Assembly (NCBI GenBank): GCA_026014495.1
Contig: JAOZIF010000042.1
Coordinates: forward strand, 1 to 33,787
DNA from: Candidatus Bathyarchaeum sp.
Lineage (GTDB): Archaea; Thermoproteota; Bathyarchaeia; Bathyarchaeales; Bathyarchaeaceae
DNA length: 33,787 nucleotides
Direction of reading: 5' to 3'
The position numbers and the translations under genes are program-made. Positions 17,343 through 25,472 of the stretch are shown piece after piece. Under the pieces are notes generated by a model. The model did no database searches and was not told the DNA's origin. It saw only the letters and a list, made by a program, of their open reading frames with translations. Positions within the stretch are counted from its first letter, which is position 1. Every line of letters starts with the position of its first letter.

Positions 17343-18197
17343 CTATAATCCAGCAGCCAGTTCCTTCACTTTCTCTAGATTTCCAACATCGCTGCGTCTA
17401 GAATCTTTAGGTGTCTCCATTATCAGAGGCAATGTTCCTAGCCTGCTTGCTAGAACGTTTCTGAAGCCTTCTTCGCCAATTTTTCCCATGCCTATGTGTT
17501 CGTGACGGTCTATTCGTGAGTTCAAGTCTCCTTTTGAGTCATTTAGGTGAACAAGTTTAATCTTCTCAAACCCTATTGTGTCATCAGCTTGTTTGAGTGT
17601 TGTTCCTATGGTTTCTTTTGTTCTGAGGTCGTAGCCTGCAGCAAAAGCGTGGCTGGTGTCAAAGCATACTCCAACACGTTCAGGATGTTTTAGTCGTTTG
17701 ATAATGTATTGTATGTCTTCGAATGTGCTGCCCATGCTGTTTTTTGTTCCAGCGGTGTTTTCAAGAAGCAACATAACCCTTCCATCAGTAACATTGAGGG
17801 ATTTGTTGATTCCATTGATTAATCGGGTAAACCCTGTTTGCATGCCTACTCCCAGGTGGCTGCCTAGATGGGTCACCAAGTATGGAATCTTTAGTTGATT
17901 GCATCTTTTTAGTTCTGATGTAAGTGTTTTCACGGATTTTTCGTAGACATCATCTTTTGGAGACGCTAAATTCGGAAGATAAGGCATGTGAGCAAAAACA
18001 GGGTTAATGCTGTGCTTTTTCACCTTGTTGGAGAAAGCTTTAGTATCCTCCGTGACTAGTTCTTTTGAATACCACTGTCTGGGGTTACTGGTGAAAATCT
18101 GGAACGTGTTACAGTCCAGTTCGATGGCTCTATCTACTGCTGTGTCAATAGACCCATGAATTGAGACATGAAACCCGATTCTCAAACAGACCACCAA
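17343..18197 (-). CDS. nfo: Endonuclease IV (AP endonuclease)
   Basis: IGFHVSI, FQIFTSNPRQW, HMPYLPNLAS, VTHLGS, LLENTAG, GVCFDTSHAFAAG, HLNDSK, DRHEHIG, METP. The real start is probably TTG 18185. Confidence 0.96.
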   Translation of the reverse strand: MVVCLRIGFHVSIHGSIDTAVDRAIELDCNTFQIFTSNPRQWYSKELVTEDTKAFSNKVKKHSINPVFAHMPYLPNLASPKDDVYEKSVKTLTSELKRCNQLKIPYLVTHLGSHLGVGMQTGFTRLINGINKSLNVTDGRVMLLLENTAGTKNSMGSTFEDIQYIIKRLKHPERVGVCFDTSHAFAAGYDLRTKETIGTTLKQADDTIGFEKIKLVHLNDSKGDLNSRIDRHEHIGMGKIGEEGFRNVLASRLGTLPLIMETPKDSRRSDVGNLEKVKELAAGL

Positions 18198-18314
18198 ACA
18201 ACATTTGCATGGTTGATATTATGTAAAAACGTTGTTCTGTGTGTTTGTCGTAAAATCAAAAGCTTTTTTGGGTAGTTTATATTTTAAACTCGTAACTAGA
18301 AATGGTGAATCTAA

Positions 18315-18548
18315 ATGAGTGAACCTGTAGAAACTCGGGTGAAAAATGCTCTTGAACAAGTAAGACCACAACTGCAAGCTGACGGCGGAGACCTAGAATA
18401 CGTCGGATTCGATAACGGCATCGTAAAAGTGAAACTTAAAGGCTCATGCAGCGGATGCCCAATGTCTGCAATGACTCTGCAATGGGGAGTTGAAAACTTC
18501 CTCAAAAAGCACATACCTGAAGTAAAAAAGGTAGAAGCAGTACAGTAA
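18315..18548 (+). CDS. NifU/NfuA C-terminal-domain Fe-S carrier protein
   Basis: VRPQLQADGGD, LKGSCSGCPMS (CxxC), L..GVE..L. Confidence 0.95.
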   Translation: MSEPVETRVKNALEQVRPQLQADGGDLEYVGFDNGIVKVKLKGSCSGCPMSAMTLQWGVENFLKKHIPEVKKVEAVQ

Positions 18549-18654
18549 CCAATTCCCTTCAACTTTTTCCTTCAGTTTTTATTTCCTAATTTTGTTATTT
18601 ACGTCTTGTTTGCTTATTGCTGATGCTCAAGTTTTCTGAGCATTTTGGATGATA

Positions 18655-19194
18655 TTATTTCATCTTTTTTTGTTTCTTTAGTTCTTCTTCAATTTCTTCT
18701 ATAAAGCCAGAGACGTTAGGTAGTAACTTCAAGAGTTGGTTTATTGTTGTGCAGCTTTTTTGGTATGCCTCAAAGTTTTCCATCTCTTCCCTGTTGGCTT
18801 CCAATGTTTTCTTCATTTTTTCAAGTTCTAGAATTTGCTCATCCATGATGCTTTCTGTTCTCAAAAAGTAGCGAGGAGAAATGAAAGGCAGCTTCTCCAT
18901 TTTATAGCTGTGCTTGTGAGTACCCGGAACCATTTCTTTGGCGATGATGTTCATCTTTAGTAGTTGGCGCACCGATTTTGAGATAGTTCCTGCTGAGAAT
19001 CCTGTTAATTTCTGCAATTCTTGTTGAGTCAAATTTTTTCTGATGTAAAAATATGTCATGACCTTAGAAATGATTATGTGGCGTCCAGTGAATTCCAAAG
19101 CTTTTGCTGCAAAAAACTCTATTATTTCTTTTTCGATTTCTCTGATTTCTGGGGCGTATCCATGAGGGTCCTGTAGATTCTTGTCTGGGTTCAT
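18655..19194 (-). CDS. GbsR/MarR-family winged-helix transcriptional regulator
   Basis: LTQQELQKLTGFSAGTISKSVRQL helix-turn-helix, wing VPGTHKHSY, C-terminal coiled coil. Confidence 0.8.
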   Translation of the reverse strand: MNPDKNLQDPHGYAPEIREIEKEIIEFFAAKALEFTGRHIIISKVMTYFYIRKNLTQQELQKLTGFSAGTISKSVRQLLKMNIIAKEMVPGTHKHSYKMEKLPFISPRYFLRTESIMDEQILELEKMKKTLEANREEMENFEAYQKSCTTINQLLKLLPNVSGFIEEIEEELKKQKKMK

Positions 19195-19721
19195 TAGTTT
19201 TGTTCGCTCCCGTTTTTATCTGAGATTTGTGTTAACATTTTTTGTGTTGCTTTTTCTATTGCAGGAAAGATAGCATTCATTTTGTTGATGAACTCGTTTA
19301 TGTTTTGGTAGCCTTTTTTGTTTGAAATGTGTGGTTGGTCTAGTTTGGCTTTGATTTTGTTGAGGAATTCTTTTTGTTGAGCAAAATATTCGAAGATATT
19401 GGTTACTGAACGAGACCCTGGTTGTGTGATTGTTCCTTCGAGTTCGTAGTTGTATTCTCTTGTTTGTGGGTCTTGGGTTTTGTGGATTATGCCCATCTTT
19501 TCTAGGGATTGAAGAATGTTTGAGATTGTTCCCATGCTGTAGCCTGTGTGTTCTCGTAATTGTTTTTGGGTGATTTTTTTGTGGATGTAGGTGAGTGCGG
19601 TGATTTTGGAGTGTTTTGGTGTTCGTCCTTTGAGGTAACTTAGGCTTGTTAGTGTGTCGACAAGTTTGTTTTCTATTTCTTTGAGTGTTTGTTCGGCGGT
19701 TTGGGTGTTATTGGGTTTCAT
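19194..19721 (-). CDS. GbsR/MarR-family winged-helix transcriptional regulator (paralog of the adjacent gene)
   Basis: ITQKQLREHTGYSMGTISNILQSLEKMG helix-turn-helix; TAATG stop/start overlap with the downstream paralog. Confidence 0.8.
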   Translation of the reverse strand: MKPNNTQTAEQTLKEIENKLVDTLTSLSYLKGRTPKHSKITALTYIHKKITQKQLREHTGYSMGTISNILQSLEKMGIIHKTQDPQTREYNYELEGTITQPGSRSVTNIFEYFAQQKEFLNKIKAKLDQPHISNKKGYQNINEFINKMNAIFPAIEKATQKMLTQISDKNGSEQN

Positions 19722-19757
19722 TATGTTTGCTAGTTTGTTTGTGGTTGATATAAACGT

Positions 19758-19783
19758 TTTTCATTTTTCGTGAATTTTGAAAA
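19758..19783. promoter_or_regulatory. Operator copy 1 (TTTTCATTTTTCGTGAATTTTGAAAA)
   Basis: 20 of 26 positions match copy 2. Overlaps the BRE of both divergent promoters: minus-strand GAAAAA-CG-TTTATATC at 19762-19747 and plus-strand GAAAA-GC-TTTAAATA at 19779-19793. Confidence 0.55.
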
Positions 19784-19815
19784 GCTTTAAATATTTGTCA
19801 CTACCAATAACACAC

Positions 19816-19841
19816 GTTTCAATATTCATGAAATTTGAAAC
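19816..19841. promoter_or_regulatory. Operator copy 2, 26-bp palindrome GTTTCAATATTCATGAAATTTGAAAC
   Basis: 11 of 13 arm positions pair. Lies 23 bp after the TATA box (the expected TSS region) and immediately before the SD AGGTGG of the ABC ATPase. Confidence 0.7.
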
Positions 19842-19853
19842 AGGTGGAAATAA

Positions 19854-20804
19854 ATGACAACACCTCAAACAATCAAAACAACCGCCCTCACCAAATACTA
19901 CGGCAAACACATCGGCATAACAAACCTCAATTTACAAGTCAACCAAGGAGAAATCTTCGGCTTTCTAGGACCAAACGGCGCAGGAAAAACCACAACCATC
20001 AGACTACTACTCAACATGATACGCCCCACATCAGGAAAAGCCACAATCTTCGGATACGACACCCAACTAGATTCACAACAAATCCACAACCAAATAGCAT
20101 ATCTGCCTGGAGAAATGGGATTCCCAAAAAACTGGACCTCACAAAGAATCCTAGAATACATGTTCAAATTATACAACCGAAAAATCAACTGGAAATCAGT
20201 CAAAGAACTTGCACAACAACTGAACCTTGACATGGACAAAAAAGTTCAGGAACTCTCAAAAGGCAACAAACAAAAAATCGGCATAATCTTAACTCTAGTT
20301 CCAGACGTGGACCTTCTTATCTTGGATGAACCCACTTCCGGTTTAGACCCACTAATTAAAAACGAATTTTACAAGCTATTAGCCAAAAAACAACTAGAAT
20401 CAAACTGCACAGTATTTCTTAGCTCCCACCAGCTAGAGGAAGTAGAAAAAGTTGCTCATCGTGTAGGCATCATTAACAGAGGTTCTTTGGTTGAAGTGGC
20501 AACTCTATCGCATCTAAAAGACCTTGCATTTAAGCATGTTGAAGTGCAGCTAGTTTCTTCAGAAGACACAAAGAAGCTTCCAGTACAGTTAACAAAGGCT
20601 GTCAAGAATCTGACTGTGCAAAATTCTAGTCTTGCTTTCTTGTGTACCCGAAACAATCTTGATGCTGTATTGTCGTGGCTACAGAGTGTTCCCTACAGTG
20701 ACGTGAACATCAGAAACTCGACACTAGAAGACATCTTCCTTGAATATTACCAAGTGTCGCCCTATGAAAACCATCCCAATAACAAAAAACAGGAGGCATC
20801 CTAA
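19854..20804 (+). CDS. ABC exporter ATP-binding subunit (ABC-2/DrrA type)
   Basis: Walker A GPNGAGKTT, signature LSKGNKQK, Walker B LLILDEPTSGLD, SSH switch. Confidence 0.96.
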   Translation: MTTPQTIKTTALTKYYGKHIGITNLNLQVNQGEIFGFLGPNGAGKTTTIRLLLNMIRPTSGKATIFGYDTQLDSQQIHNQIAYLPGEMGFPKNWTSQRILEYMFKLYNRKINWKSVKELAQQLNLDMDKKVQELSKGNKQKIGIILTLVPDVDLLILDEPTSGLDPLIKNEFYKLLAKKQLESNCTVFLSSHQLEEVEKVAHRVGIINRGSLVEVATLSHLKDLAFKHVEVQLVSSEDTKKLPVQLTKAVKNLTVQNSSLAFLCTRNNLDAVLSWLQSVPYSDVNIRNSTLEDIFLEYYQVSPYENHPNNKKQEAS

Positions 20805-20806
20805 AG

Positions 20807-21631
20807 ATGTGGAAGTCATTTATCATCACAAAAGAAGACGTTTTCGACAAAAAATTGTCCATTCTAGGAGTTGGCATTCTCGTCGGTTTGATGGGATTGT
20901 ATATAATTAATATGTTCAACTCGTTGGACATCAGTCAACTGGAAGACTACATAAACAGCCTACCCGAATCCATGCTTGCACTGTTAGGCGGAGAACTCGA
21001 CATAACCAATCCATACTCTCTACTTAGCTCGTACATCTATTCTTTCATGTGGCTGTACTGTGGCATTTATCTTGTTTACGTTGCAAGCAGTCTATTACCA
21101 CAAGACGTAGAAAACCACACAATCGACTTAACTCTTTCAAAACCTGTATCCCGAGAAGAATACCTGCTCGGAAAAATATCATTCATTTACGTGTTCATTA
21201 TAGGCCTGATGGCAATCATCACCGTGTTTGTAGCATTAGGCATGGTTTCGTCAGACCTTTTCATCCAAGAAGGCCTATACTGGGACCGTGTAGCTGTTGT
21301 GTTCTTGATAACAACACTGCATCTTGGAACCTTAGTGATGACCGCAGTTTTTGCTTCAACCATCTTTCTTGACGCCAAAAAAACCACATTAGCAGCGGTA
21401 ATTGTGATGTTTATCATGTTCTTTATCGGTGACTTCTCGCCAGTAATGAGTCCCGACATCGGCAAAACTATGCAGTATTTCTCAACGTGGTTCTACTACG
21501 ACACTGCGCAACTTTTTGGAGCAGGAAACTATGCAAACCTTGGACTCGACGTGCTTGTGTTAGGTGCAATCAATGTAGCATTGGTTATTGGAAGCTTGAT
21601 TGTGTTCCGAAAACGGGACATCCCCGTTTAA
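20807..21631 (+). CDS. ABC-2 type permease subunit
   Basis: About six TM segments; 'TIDLTLSKPVSREEYLLGK' EAA-like loop; ends FRKRDIPV. Confidence 0.9.
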   Translation: MWKSFIITKEDVFDKKLSILGVGILVGLMGLYIINMFNSLDISQLEDYINSLPESMLALLGGELDITNPYSLLSSYIYSFMWLYCGIYLVYVASSLLPQDVENHTIDLTLSKPVSREEYLLGKISFIYVFIIGLMAIITVFVALGMVSSDLFIQEGLYWDRVAVVFLITTLHLGTLVMTAVFASTIFLDAKKTTLAAVIVMFIMFFIGDFSPVMSPDIGKTMQYFSTWFYYDTAQLFGAGNYANLGLDVLVLGAINVALVIGSLIVFRKRDIPV

Positions 21632-21711
21632 TTTCCCCCATTTCTTTGTTAAGCTGCAAAAAAGATGGTAAGAACTAAAAACTATCCACACCACTATTTT
21701 GTAGATTAACC

Positions 21712-22245
21712 ATGAGCACCAAAATCAACAACACAGTAATAGAGCTTGTTCAGGGAGACATAACCCAGCAAACCACAGACGCCATAGTTAACGCTGCAAA
21801 CGCTGCACTGCAGTTAGGCGGCGGGGTCGCAGGAGCAATCAGAAGACATGGCGGACCTGCAATTCAAGAAGAATGCAACAAGATAGGTGGCACCCGTGTG
21901 GGAGGGGCAGTTATAACAACTGGCGGAAACTTGGCGGCTAAACATGTGATTCATGCTGTGGGTCCAATACATGGGGACGATCATGAGGATGAAAAACTCA
22001 AGGATGCAACTTTGAACTCTTTAAAGTTGGCTGACAAGAACCGCTTGAGCACTATCGTTTTTCCTGCAATAAGCACTGGAATCTTTGGTTTTCCAAAAGA
22101 CCGATGTGCAACGATTATGCTTTCAACGGTAATCGCGTATCTGGAAGGTCCAACAGGGCTGGAGCGGGTGGTTTTTTGTCTTTACGATAAAGAAACCCTA
22201 AATATTTTTGAGGATGCTCTTAGGTCTTTGACTCACAACCGCTGA
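21712..22245 (+). CDS. MacroD-type macrodomain protein (O-acetyl-ADP-ribose deacetylase / ADP-ribosyl hydrolase)
   Basis: QGDIT, DAIVNAAN, GGGVAGAI, VIHAVGP, FPAISTGIFGFP. Confidence 0.96.
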   Translation: MSTKINNTVIELVQGDITQQTTDAIVNAANAALQLGGGVAGAIRRHGGPAIQEECNKIGGTRVGGAVITTGGNLAAKHVIHAVGPIHGDDHEDEKLKDATLNSLKLADKNRLSTIVFPAISTGIFGFPKDRCATIMLSTVIAYLEGPTGLERVVFCLYDKETLNIFEDALRSLTHNR

Positions 22246-22250
22246 ACTGT

Positions 22251-24926
22251 TTACTCCTTTAGGTTGAGTGTTGCTTTTGTTACGTCTTGTGAGTGTTCGA
22301 TACTGAATCCCATCCTCTTTACGAGGCTAATAGCTCTGTGGTTGTCGGGTAGCATGAATGCGTAAACTGTTTCCAGTTGCTTGTCTTTGCAGATTTCTAT
22401 CATGTAATCCACCATCTTGGAGCCTAAGCCTAGTCCCTGCCAAGGGTCTGCGACAATGAATGCTATTTCACCAGTTTTTCCGTCAGGTTCGATGATTAGC
22501 CTTACAACACCCAAAATGTGTCGTTGTTCTTTTTCTTTTAGTTCTGCAACTATGCCTATTTCTCTGTCGTAATCAATGTTGGAGTAGCGAACCCTCACTT
22601 CATGTGGTGTGTCTTTGATTATCTGAAAGAACCTGTAGCGTATGGACTGTTCTGAAAAGTTTTTGAACATTTCAAGCCACAGCGGCTCATCCTCAGGCTT
22701 TATAGGCCTTAACAGGACACTTCTGCCGTCACGCATCTTCCATGCGATTTCATACTTTTTTGGGTACGGGCTTATCACTAAATGTTCATGGGGCTCAAAT
22801 TTTGTTGAAGCATGAGCTTTGTCGATTACTATTTTGGCGTCAAGAGCTAATGCATCGTTTTGGTTGACTAACAATGGGTTGATGTCTACCTGTTTTATTT
22901 GCGGAAAATCAACAAGCAACTGAGAAAGCCGCACCACGATCTCTTCTAGCGGCTTAAGGTTTGCTGGTGACAAGTTTTTGTAGCCTCTTGCTTCTTCAAT
23001 TATTCTTCTAGCCAAGGCCTGATTTAGAGGAGGAATACCCACTGCGGCGTCATCAAAAACTTCGTCGCCATTGTTCATTCCAAACAGTATTATTGGACCA
23101 AACAGCGAGTCCGTTTTTGCTCCTAGCCTCATTTTGTATCCTTGTTTTTTGTTCATGGGCTGAATTGAGACTCCGAGAATTGTTGCTTCTGGTTTTTGCT
23201 CTTTAATCTGTTTCATAGCTTTGCGGTATGCTTCTCGCAGTTCAATATCCGATTTGATGCCAACCCTTATTGCTTCAGTGTCTGATTTAGGGTCAATTTG
23301 TGGTGAAAGAATCTTTAAAATCAGCGGATAGCCGATACTGGATGCTACAAAAACTGCTTGGTCTTCTGTTTCTGCAGTTAATGTTTGTATGACTGGAATC
23401 TTGTAGTTTTCCAGAATCTGTTTCGATTCTATTTCAGTTAGGGTTTCCCTGTTTTCTTTTGCAGCTTCCCTGATTACCACAGTTATGGGACGTTTAGGAG
23501 GTGAACTGTCCACAGGCAACTCTTCAGGGGTCTGATACAGCAGTTCAAGGTTGCGTTTGTATTGATTCATGTACAGGTATGTCTTGATTGCCTGCTCTGG
23601 CGTAGAATATGTTGGAATACTGTTCTGGTTAAGAATCCTGTTTGCTTCTTCCACTTCTGCATAGCCCATAAATGACGTTAAAACTGGTTTACCAAACTCT
23701 TTTTTCTCACAAAGTTTGCTAACAGTTTTTGCGACCTCCACAGAGTCTGCCAGACCTTGAGGCGCATAAATTATCAGTAAACCGTCAACGTTTTTGTCGC
23801 TAAGACATACATTAATCGATGTTTCATATCTGTCAGTTTTTGCATCTCCTAAGATGTCGATTGGATTTGCTTTGCTACAGTGAGAAGGCAAAGTATCGTC
23901 TAATTTTTCGACAGAACTTGGGTCTAATTTGGCTAATTTTCCTCCTCCCGCTATAAGTGCATCCGCAGCCATGATTCCTGCGCCTCCTGTGTTTGTGATT
24001 ATGGCTAGGTTTGCTCCTCTTGGAAGCGGTTGGACTCCTAAAACTTCTGCACAGTTGAAGAGGTCGCCGATTTCTTCTACGCGAACTATTCCAACACGCT
24101 TAAACGCGGCTCCATATGCCACATCTTCACTTGCTTGTGCTCCAGTGTGAGCGGCTATTGCTTTGGCGGTTTCATCAAATTTTCCTGCCTTCACAACGAT
24201 TATTGGCTTTGTTCTGGCAAAGTGTCTTGCTGCGCTCATGAATTTTCTGGCGCTAGTTATTCCTTCAACATACATTAGTATGCTTCTGGTTTTGGGGTCG
24301 GTGCCAAAGTAGTCGATTAGGTCTCCGAAGTCAATGTCAATCATGGAGCCTACTGAAACAAAGTTGCTAAATCCGATGTTTTCGTGGGTTGCCCAGTCGA
24401 GAACTGCGGAGCCTAACGCGCCGCTCTGAGAAATGAATGCTATGTTTCCCTGTTTGGGGAGTTTGTTTGTGAATGTTGCGTTAAGGTTAATGCTTGGGCG
24501 AATTACTCCTAGGCAGTTTGGACCCACTATTCTCATGTTGTACTTTCTTTTTGTTTCAAGAATTTTGTTCTCTAATTCTTTGCCTTTTGGTCCTGCCTCT
24601 TTGAATCCTGCTGAAATAATTATAGCTCCAACTATTCCTGCTTTGCCGCACTGCTCAACTATGTCTGGAACTGTTTTAGCTGGGGTCGCAATAACCGCCA
24701 AGTCAACAGTTTCTGGGAGTTGCGCAACATTTTGATATGCTTTAAAACCCAAAATTTGTGTTTTATGAATGTTAACTGGGTACACTTTTGCTTGGTAACC
24801 CGCTTTGGTGAGGTTCTTCATTAAAGCATATCCAACAGAGCCTTCTTCATCGCTTGCCCCAACTACGGCGATGCTTTTAGGCTCAAAAATCTTTTCAAGG
24901 TTTAATGTAACCATTCTTAAGCACAC
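22251..24926 (-). CDS. Pat/PatZ-type protein lysine acetyltransferase (NDP-forming acyl-CoA synthetase-like domains plus C-terminal GNAT)
   Basis: CoA-binding IAVVGAS/YPVN/GPNCLG, SQSGALG, AHTGA, NPIDILGDA, ATP-grasp-like region (DINPL), GNAT with LRPIKPED, DYDRE and WQGLGLG. The real start is probably ATG 24914. Confidence 0.9.
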   Translation of the reverse strand: MCLRMVTLNLEKIFEPKSIAVVGASDEEGSVGYALMKNLTKAGYQAKVYPVNIHKTQILGFKAYQNVAQLPETVDLAVIATPAKTVPDIVEQCGKAGIVGAIIISAGFKEAGPKGKELENKILETKRKYNMRIVGPNCLGVIRPSINLNATFTNKLPKQGNIAFISQSGALGSAVLDWATHENIGFSNFVSVGSMIDIDFGDLIDYFGTDPKTRSILMYVEGITSARKFMSAARHFARTKPIIVVKAGKFDETAKAIAAHTGAQASEDVAYGAAFKRVGIVRVEEIGDLFNCAEVLGVQPLPRGANLAIITNTGGAGIMAADALIAGGGKLAKLDPSSVEKLDDTLPSHCSKANPIDILGDAKTDRYETSINVCLSDKNVDGLLIIYAPQGLADSVEVAKTVSKLCEKKEFGKPVLTSFMGYAEVEEANRILNQNSIPTYSTPEQAIKTYLYMNQYKRNLELLYQTPEELPVDSSPPKRPITVVIREAAKENRETLTEIESKQILENYKIPVIQTLTAETEDQAVFVASSIGYPLILKILSPQIDPKSDTEAIRVGIKSDIELREAYRKAMKQIKEQKPEATILGVSIQPMNKKQGYKMRLGAKTDSLFGPIILFGMNNGDEVFDDAAVGIPPLNQALARRIIEEARGYKNLSPANLKPLEEIVVRLSQLLVDFPQIKQVDINPLLVNQNDALALDAKIVIDKAHASTKFEPHEHLVISPYPKKYEIAWKMRDGRSVLLRPIKPEDEPLWLEMFKNFSEQSIRYRFFQIIKDTPHEVRVRYSNIDYDREIGIVAELKEKEQRHILGVVRLIIEPDGKTGEIAFIVADPWQGLGLGSKMVDYMIEICKDKQLETVYAFMLPDNHRAISLVKRMGFSIEHSQDVTKATLNLKE

Positions 24927-25124
24927 TCTTCTTTTGCTGGTTACCGCTTTTTAGTCAACAAAATACACTGTAAACTCTCATACTTATCCTCATCCATTAA
25001 CCCTCTGCGTTATTAAACGGAAAAAAACGGATTAAACGTAAAAAGAAGAACATTAAAGGTTTAAAAGCGAATGAAAAACTTAAATACTGCCTTAAATAAA
25101 AAAGAGGCTACGAAGGGGTTTGTT

Positions 25125-25346
25125 ATGAAGAATCCAGAATTATCTGTAGCTCCAATGCACCGAATCTGCAAGAAAGCAGGAGCAAGCAGAGTAAGCGAGG
25201 CAGCTGCGAAAGCACTGGCAAAAGAGCTTGATGACATAGGAGTCAAAATAGCCAAAGAAGCTATTGATTATGCTATGCATGCTGGAAGAAAAACCGTTAA
25301 AGCAGAAGACATCGAGATAGCCTCACGAAAAGTCTTAGAAAAATAA
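25125..25346 (+). CDS. Archaeal histone (HMf family)
   Basis: [20 protein letters not shown]...[12 protein letters not shown] histone fold. ATG 25125 has an AAGGGG SD and a BRE/TATA (GAAAAACTTAAATA, 25073-25086) upstream. Confidence 0.95.
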   Translation: MKNPELSVAPMHRICKKAGASRVSEAAAKALAKELDDIGVKIAKEAIDYAMHAGRKTVKAEDIEIASRKVLEK

Positions 25347-25472
25347 ACAGACTTGCCTACCTTTTTTCCTAGAGGCACAAATTTTGCCTCTCTATTTAGT
25401 TAGTGAAAAACTTTATATTCTCTGCCGAAATTGCAGTAGCTAGAATTCACTCGTAAAACAGGAAGGATTTGT

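Noticed and set aside
25071-25124. Lys-containing 18-aa N-terminal extension on the histone ([18 protein letters not shown]), tempting as a eukaryote-like tail
   Set aside because: The segment contains the gene's own BRE/TATA (GAAAAACTTAAATA) and the SD for ATG 25125, so it is most likely promoter and leader, not coding.
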